From a virus (Duplodnaviria; Caudoviricetes): a DNA stretch of 64,000 nucleotides. The position numbers were made by a program, and so were the translations under genes. The DNA is taken from the IMG/VR virus record IMGVR_UViG_3300021255_001366, positions 32,001 through 96,000 of that record. One strand, written 5' to 3'. Below are positions 59,108 through 64,000 of this stretch, in pieces (the stretch's first letter is position 1; each line of letters starts with the position of its first letter). A model generated the notes under the pieces. The model was not told where the DNA came from, made no database searches, and saw only the letters and a list, made by a program, of their open reading frames with translations.

Positions 59108-59181
59108 TTGCTACGTCTCAGAGTTGGACTGAGTTAACCGTGCTTATGAGGCACAGTGAGATATCCGACCTCCCACCAGCT
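59108..59181 (-). ncRNA. tRNA-like element, CAU loop (copy A)
   Basis: CTGTGC-CTCATAA-GCACGG arm; CTCAG-TCCAACT-CTGAG arm; imperfect acceptor stem. Confidence 0.6.
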
Positions 59182-59314
59182 ATATATAGAACACATCGGC
59201 TCATTACCCCTGTACACTGGGAACACAACCGACCACTTACGGATAATACATGTATTATCCTTTTCGCAGGCTCTCGTTCTATTTGCGCTAAGCATGATTT
59301 AATGTGTTTGCCCA

Positions 59315-59386
59315 TTGAAAATGTAGGATTCGAACCTCGCCCCTACAGCCCAAGTGTAGTGTGCTACCATTACACCACATTCTCAA
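59315..59386 (-). tRNA. tRNA-Pro(UGG) with atypical T arm, possibly a pseudo-tRNA
   Basis: Acceptor GAGAATG/CATTTTC, D arm GTGT/GCAC, CTACA-CTTGGGC-TGTAG anticodon arm, GGTTCGAATCC. Confidence 0.65.
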
Positions 59387-59607
59387 AAAAACAGCATGGG
59401 ATTATCTAGTACTCCCACGCCATGTACACTAACTAGAATCCGCCCCCTCTCTACCTTTAGGGAGGCAGCTATTGTCATAAGATTGTTGCCAATAAATGGT
59501 GTTGTTTTTTTCTTAGCTTTGGCTAAAGATTTGCTTCCAAATTCTTCATACCATTCTGGCGAATCCTTTGGAAAAACATTCTGCTAAAAATCTATAACAT
59601 CACTTTT

Positions 59608-59681
59608 AGTCATCACTCCGGAGTTACACCGAATTAACCATGATTATGAACCACAGTAAGATACCCAACCTCCCGCCAGCT
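59608..59681 (-). ncRNA. tRNA-like element, CAU loop (copy B)
   Basis: Homologous to copy A, with pairing-preserving changes in the arms. Confidence 0.55.
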
Positions 59682-59713
59682 AAAAAAAAGAGGGCGGGGA
59701 TATACCCCGCCCT
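59682..59713 (-). terminator. Terminator-like hairpin
   Basis: AGGGCGGGG/CCCCGCCCT stem followed by CTTTTTTTT on the - strand. Confidence 0.7.
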
Positions 59714-59733
59714 GCTCAAATAGGAGGGCGATC

Positions 59734-60918
59734 CTATGAGAGATCAACCGGATAACAAGCCTTTACACCATTATCATCAACGATGCAAACCATTTGTGAA
59801 GGATGTCCACAAATGCGCTTTGAAACAGTATAGTCATCGTTAGTATCAGAAAATGTGCCACTGCGAACAATCTTTACTCCTGCAATGTCGTCATAAGAGC
59901 AGTGGTGTAAATGCCCATAAAAAACAGCGGTAGGCTTATAGCCAAGTAACATAACAAGCTTGCTAACCCCCGCCTCTGAATATTTATCAAAATCTCCGTG
60001 CACAAGACAATACTTGCATCCACGGATTTCTACCATGCCAATTGTAGGATCTATTTCGTTGTCAATAATTCGGATGTTTTGGACGTGAGACAATTTAGCC
60101 TTCATATACCAAGGGATTAAATCGTCTAATCGTTCCGCACGAAGAACGTCGTCTTTTAAACCAATCCTAGAGTGATTACCTCCAACGCTTGCAACGGTTA
60201 CATTGCTAAAGTTCTTCGACAATTCGTATACAAACGCAGACAGTAATTCAGAAACCTTTTGTACTTGTTGAACTGCGTTTTCACGGTTCTCAAGTTGTAC
60301 GGAGTGATGTATGTTACCGGAAATCAAATCGCCTAATAAAAACACATAAACATTCTCGCATCCGCCACCAATATCAACAACTTCATTTAAGTACTTTTCT
60401 AATCTATCTTTAACAATATCCGAGTTGTATGTACCAAATGTATTCTTAATATCTAATCCAAGATGAATGTCTGAGACGCACACAATCATATCCTTTGAAG
60501 ACTTCTTGCGAATGGGAGAGTAGTTGTTAAACTGAACACGACCACTTTCACGTAAAGCGGCCTCAAACATCGCAAGATTTTCTTCGGCTCTTGCAGCTTC
60601 GCGACACTTCTTATTGATAGCCGTACGTTCATCTGATAACTTTTGTTTTTCTCTCTTTATTTCAAGAAGTCTATCTGCAATTTCATCATTACCAACTGGA
60701 CGGTTCTTTTTCATCCATTCATATACTGCAAACCCGCCAAACAGAGTGCCTGAACTTTTCCGCAACACATCTTTATTCCAAGGAAGATTGTATTTATCTT
60801 TAATCTCGTCCCATTCAAGATCTTGAAATCCATTCAATTTGTCTGAGATATCATCTAAGCAATTCTGATATTGTTCTTCTGTTAATCCCAACTTTTCAAG
60901 TTCTGCTTGAAAATTCAA
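59734..60918 (-). CDS. Metallophosphoesterase (SPbeta YonJ-like)
   Basis: SDIHLG, LGDLI, GNH, HGD and GHLH motifs. Confidence 0.85.
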   Translation of the reverse strand: MNFQAELEKLGLTEEQYQNCLDDISDKLNGFQDLEWDEIKDKYNLPWNKDVLRKSSGTLFGGFAVYEWMKKNRPVGNDEIADRLLEIKREKQKLSDERTAINKKCREAARAEENLAMFEAALRESGRVQFNNYSPIRKKSSKDMIVCVSDIHLGLDIKNTFGTYNSDIVKDRLEKYLNEVVDIGGGCENVYVFLLGDLISGNIHHSVQLENRENAVQQVQKVSELLSAFVYELSKNFSNVTVASVGGNHSRIGLKDDVLRAERLDDLIPWYMKAKLSHVQNIRIIDNEIDPTIGMVEIRGCKYCLVHGDFDKYSEAGVSKLVMLLGYKPTAVFYGHLHHCSYDDIAGVKIVRSGTFSDTNDDYTVSKRICGHPSQMVCIVDDNGVKACYPVDLS

Positions 60919-61113
60919 TTACTTCACCACCTTAATATCTATGTCAGACTTAGCACTAGCAGATATAGTAAAGGTTGCACCTTCTCCAAATAGTCTATGG
61001 AGAAGCTCGATGATGTTAACTTCGTGCTGATCATCATCAAGAATTCTATTACCATCAAGATATACGTCCTTGATTTTTAAGGAACGGCTTGTAATTTCAT
61101 TCGCTTTAATCAT
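60919..61113 (-). CDS. Small hypothetical protein (YonK-like position)
   Basis: RBS; synteny with SPbeta. Confidence 0.55.
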   Translation of the reverse strand: MIKANEITSRSLKIKDVYLDGNRILDDDQHEVNIIELLHRLFGEGATFTISASAKSDIDIKVVK

Positions 61114-61225
61114 ATCCGTTTAATCCTTTCTGTAAAAATGATTACCTACCCCTAACCACTAAATACCACACCCTAATCGGGCAAGACTACGGAATAACAC
61201 TCCGCCAAAATACCACCTCGGTAAT

Positions 61226-61381
61226 CTATCTATCTGTCTTCTGTTTATCTAAAAGTTTAAATACCTTCGGACACTCCCTAGCATAGTAGTGTCTTCTATG
61301 AATGGTTGCCATAATGTCATAGTGCCAATAACAACCATGTTTTGATAAATAATCCGCTTGTTTCTTAGTGATTTCTATCAC
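61226..61381 (-). CDS. Small hypothetical protein
   Basis: Probable GTG start; IEITKKQADYL...HYY. Confidence 0.5.
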   Translation of the reverse strand: MIEITKKQADYLSKHGCYWHYDIMATIHRRHYYARECPKVFKLLDKQKTDR

Positions 61382-61472
61382 GTATATTTCACTTCTTTCT
61401 TTGTTATATTTTTTAGAAAACAAGTGGCGATACCTCTAGGACAGAAGTACCGCCACTTGATAGAACGCTATT

Positions 61473-61754
61473 TTAGCGTAAAGCGTCTTTGTATTTTGTA
61501 CCAAACTTTGCCTTCGGCTTATGATGAGGTGCTACAATGACCGCATCTCCGGTTCTAGGATTACGCTTCTTTGTCTCTGGTACGTATGTAGCAGTCAACG
61601 TCACGCCAGGGAACACAATAACTGCGTCGTCATTCTTGATAATATCAAGCGCAACATCAGATGCAGCCTCAAGCACAGCCTTGATATCTTTCTGCGCATA
61701 ACCAGTTTCCTTTGAGATAAGCTTCACAAAGTTTGCGTTATTAATCTTTTCCAT
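61473..61754 (-). CDS. HU family DNA-binding protein
   Basis: KRNPRTG and PKAKFG motifs. Confidence 0.88.
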   Translation of the reverse strand: MEKINNANFVKLISKETGYAQKDIKAVLEAASDVALDIIKNDDAVIVFPGVTLTATYVPETKKRNPRTGDAVIVAPHHKPKAKFGTKYKDALR

Positions 61755-61770
61755 TTTAATTTTACTCCTT

Positions 61771-62070
61771 TTAATCTTCAAAAATCGTTTGTGCTATCTT
61801 AGCACCATCAGCATCTAGTAATCGTGTAACAGGAGAATACATCTTCTTTGTTTCTCCATCCTTAGTTGTAACAGTACGTTCCCTACCCTTACATTTCTCG
61901 TTCTTGCACACAAGTACATTAGTTCCTGAAATGTAGGTGAGTGGTTGCTTGCACACCGGACAAACACCACCAAACTTCTCGCGCTGTTTCTTTAACTTGT
62001 TCTCATCCTTGGTGCGAAGAGTAACAGGGTCTAATCCAAAATACGTCTTCGCGAAATCATTAATCGTCAT
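61771..62070 (-). CDS. Zn-ribbon hypothetical protein
   Basis: CPVC...CKNEKC. Confidence 0.65.
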   Translation of the reverse strand: MTINDFAKTYFGLDPVTLRTKDENKLKKQREKFGGVCPVCKQPLTYISGTNVLVCKNEKCKGRERTVTTKDGETKKMYSPVTRLLDADGAKIAQTIFED

Positions 62071-62305
62071 TCGATTTCATCCTTTCATGCTGTAACAGCT
62101 TAGTAGTCGGCACAAACATTATATGGCCGCCAGTTTGATTCAATGTACCAAGTTTCGGAATATAGAAACTACCATCTTTAAATAACGCTAGTATTAATTC
62201 GTCAGTAAATGACCCTATGATGTTCTTTACCCGATTCGTCGGTACTTGATATTGCTTTGATAACTTTTCAGCTATCGCATCCATTTTTGTTTTATTCCAA
62301 CCCAT
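62060..62305 (-). CDS. HU-like small protein
   Basis: Helical N-terminus then FYIPKLGTL, resembling the HU fold. Confidence 0.5.
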   Translation of the reverse strand: MGWNKTKMDAIAEKLSKQYQVPTNRVKNIIGSFTDELILALFKDGSFYIPKLGTLNQTGGHIMFVPTTKLLQHERMKSNDD

Positions 62306-62409
62306 ATTTCCCCCACTTTCTCATCATTATCGGCATACGCCATTTCGGAATCTTTGAAAAAACCTTTTATAAAATAAGGAATTTTTTCTTTGATTCCGAA
62401 ATAACTCTT

Positions 62410-64000
62410 CTAGGTGTTCCCTTTTTTGAAGCACTGCAACAAACATTTAGGGTTTAAATCGTATAACGTCTTGAGTAAAATCGCTCTGTTTTGACTCAAT
62501 CGTGTTTGCAACTGTTCACGGTTCTGCTTAATACTTGGAGTAATAGCAAAGGCTCTATTGATCAGCCATGACATTAATCCAACATAATTCTTCGATAACG
62601 TTATTCCTCTTAGTGCATGAATCAAATCGTCATAGTCGGAGCGAAGTAGTAGATACTCATCGTTGTTATGCTCCTTATTCATGTCGTAAATCATCAGTTC
62701 TTTAATAAACGCCTCGATGAAAGCTTCAACCTTCTTCGATGTCTTACGAGGTGTTTCATTTGTGTGGTTAATAAAAAACTCCTTAATATCTATAATGTCA
62801 CGATTGGACAGTTGTTTGTTCTTCATTGCATATACGGAATTCATAGGACACACAATGTTAGGATTGACCTTGCTCCGTTTACTAGGATTTACCCCGGCAA
62901 AGAATGCTGGATAACCAAGAGACTTAATGTTCATTTCTTGTTTGATACGTTGAATCTCGGAGTGGATGTCAACATCAAAACTCCTTTTCGCATTGTCAAT
63001 AGCACATTGAGCCAGAACTGCCAAAATGGCAACGTGATCTTCAAAACTTCTTCCGAAATCATTGTATGTATAACTCAATCCTATCTGCGCAACATTAGAC
63101 GATTCACCTATATCTAATTGTGCGGCGGATAATTTATTGTCTACGATGGAGAAGTCTTTCAAAGTATTGTCATAAACATTCTTCTCCTTTGGAATATTAT
63201 TAACAATCGTCTTATAATTGTTATAACAATGCTTTGCATGTTCAACTATTTCTATTTGATTGGTTACGTAAAAACTGTCAGAATCCTGATCTGATCCATT
63301 GTTAAGATCCTGTACATCCGTACCAATCATGTTAACTGCTAATATTTGTTTCCCGAAGTTAAAATACTTATCCCAGTAAGTATGATATTTGTTATGCATA
63401 TACCCTAATGAATTACGACTATTAAATGGACTTCTGAACTCCGCTAAATACTCTCCATCATCAAATCTTGCCGTCCAACACTGTATGCATCCATCCTCGT
63501 GTTCAAACGTCGGATCTTTCAGAGCATCTTCGCCAACTGCATGCATTAACATGCCGTAAGGATTACCAACAATAACAAGATTGTCGCCGTTCTGTAAGAT
63601 GTGACCTTGTTTCACATCTGCAACATAAGCGGCTATCTTGCGGTTGCGTCGTTCCACGAAGTAATCACATTTCACAAACTCCGGATCTTGTTCGCACAAT
63701 GCAAGCAGCACATCGTTGTCATTACTGAAGTTACTTGTCCTTCGCAAGAAGTCAAAATACACACCATCATCTGTCTTGAGCTGATAAATATAATCCTTGG
63801 TAGGAGAGAGTACATCCTCGATTGTATTGATATCCAAAGCGTTCACCATCTGATAACTCATTCGTTGCTTTGAACCATACTTACTTTCATGAGCAGTTTT
63901 AACAATACCGAAGTATGCGCCATTATCCCAAACCTTCTGACACCAGTATTCATAGGCAACGTCAAACTTTACCCACTTGATAGCGTTCTCTGTTGTTATC
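62410..64000 (-). CDS. YonO-like single-subunit RNA polymerase, 5' end outside the window
   Basis: Frame open to the window end; FRSP and NGSDQDSD (DxDxD) motifs; SPbeta yonO-yonN(HU) synteny. Confidence 0.82.
   Translation of the reverse strand, partial: ITTENAIKWVKFDVAYEYWCQKVWDNGAYFGIVKTAHESKYGSKQRMSYQMVNALDINTIEDVLSPTKDYIYQLKTDDGVYFDFLRRTSNFSNDNDVLLALCEQDPEFVKCDYFVERRNRKIAAYVADVKQGHILQNGDNLVIVGNPYGMLMHAVGEDALKDPTFEHEDGCIQCWTARFDDGEYLAEFRSPFNSRNSLGYMHNKYHTYWDKYFNFGKQILAVNMIGTDVQDLNNGSDQDSDSFYVTNQIEIVEHAKHCYNNYKTIVNNIPKEKNVYDNTLKDFSIVDNKLSAAQLDIGESSNVAQIGLSYTYNDFGRSFEDHVAILAVLAQCAIDNAKRSFDVDIHSEIQRIKQEMNIKSLGYPAFFAGVNPSKRSKVNPNIVCPMNSVYAMKNKQLSNRDIIDIKEFFINHTNETPRKTSKKVEAFIEAFIKELMIYDMNKEHNNDEYLLLRSDYDDLIHALRGITLSKNYVGLMSWLINRAFAITPSIKQNREQLQTRLSQNRAILLKTLYDLNPKCLLQCFKKGNT

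Noticed and set aside
59384-59613. - strand frame MTKSDVIDF*QNVFPKD... with an internal TAG, suggesting stop-codon reassignment
   Set aside because: dUTPase, integrase and other genes end at TAG, and the standard code gives full-length ORFs throughout
1-64000. CRISPR array, rRNA or IS element
   Set aside because: No regularly spaced repeats, rRNA-like sequence or transposase noticed

Overview
This is a 64 kb segment of a large temperate SPbeta-like siphophage of a Firmicutes (probably Clostridia) host. It is in the excised form, because attP is intact. On the + strand (1-3011) are dUTPase, excisionase, an attP carrying the 3' part of tRNA-Trp, and a tyrosine integrase. The rest is a - strand late module. 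In transcription order it runs: YonO-like single-subunit RNA polymerase (cut by the window end), HU proteins, metallophosphoesterase, a tRNA/tRNA-like cluster, terminase, portal, a ~650 nt structured non-coding region, GIY-YIG endonuclease, protease/scaffold, capsid, neck and tail tube genes, cysteine desulfurase, a second tyrosine recombinase, holins, RuvC, a six-gene cassette of unknown function, tape measure, Dit, Tal, fibre genes, a GT2 glycosyltransferase and an amidase-ChW endolysin. The main result is that three separate ORFs form one tape measure gene (predicted 4719 aa) split by two group I introns whose splice sites can be read from the sequence. The second intron has no homing endonuclease. 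Its P9 region instead holds an antisense expression unit: promoter, RBS, Zn-ribbon gene, a second promoter for a ~55 nt RNA, and a terminator. Other notable items are a large ornate ncRNA candidate after the portal gene, two atypical CAU tRNA-like RNAs, dockerin-like tail domains, and inverted sites around the C-terminal modules of three fibre genes. All calls come from manual reading; no searches or folding programs were run.
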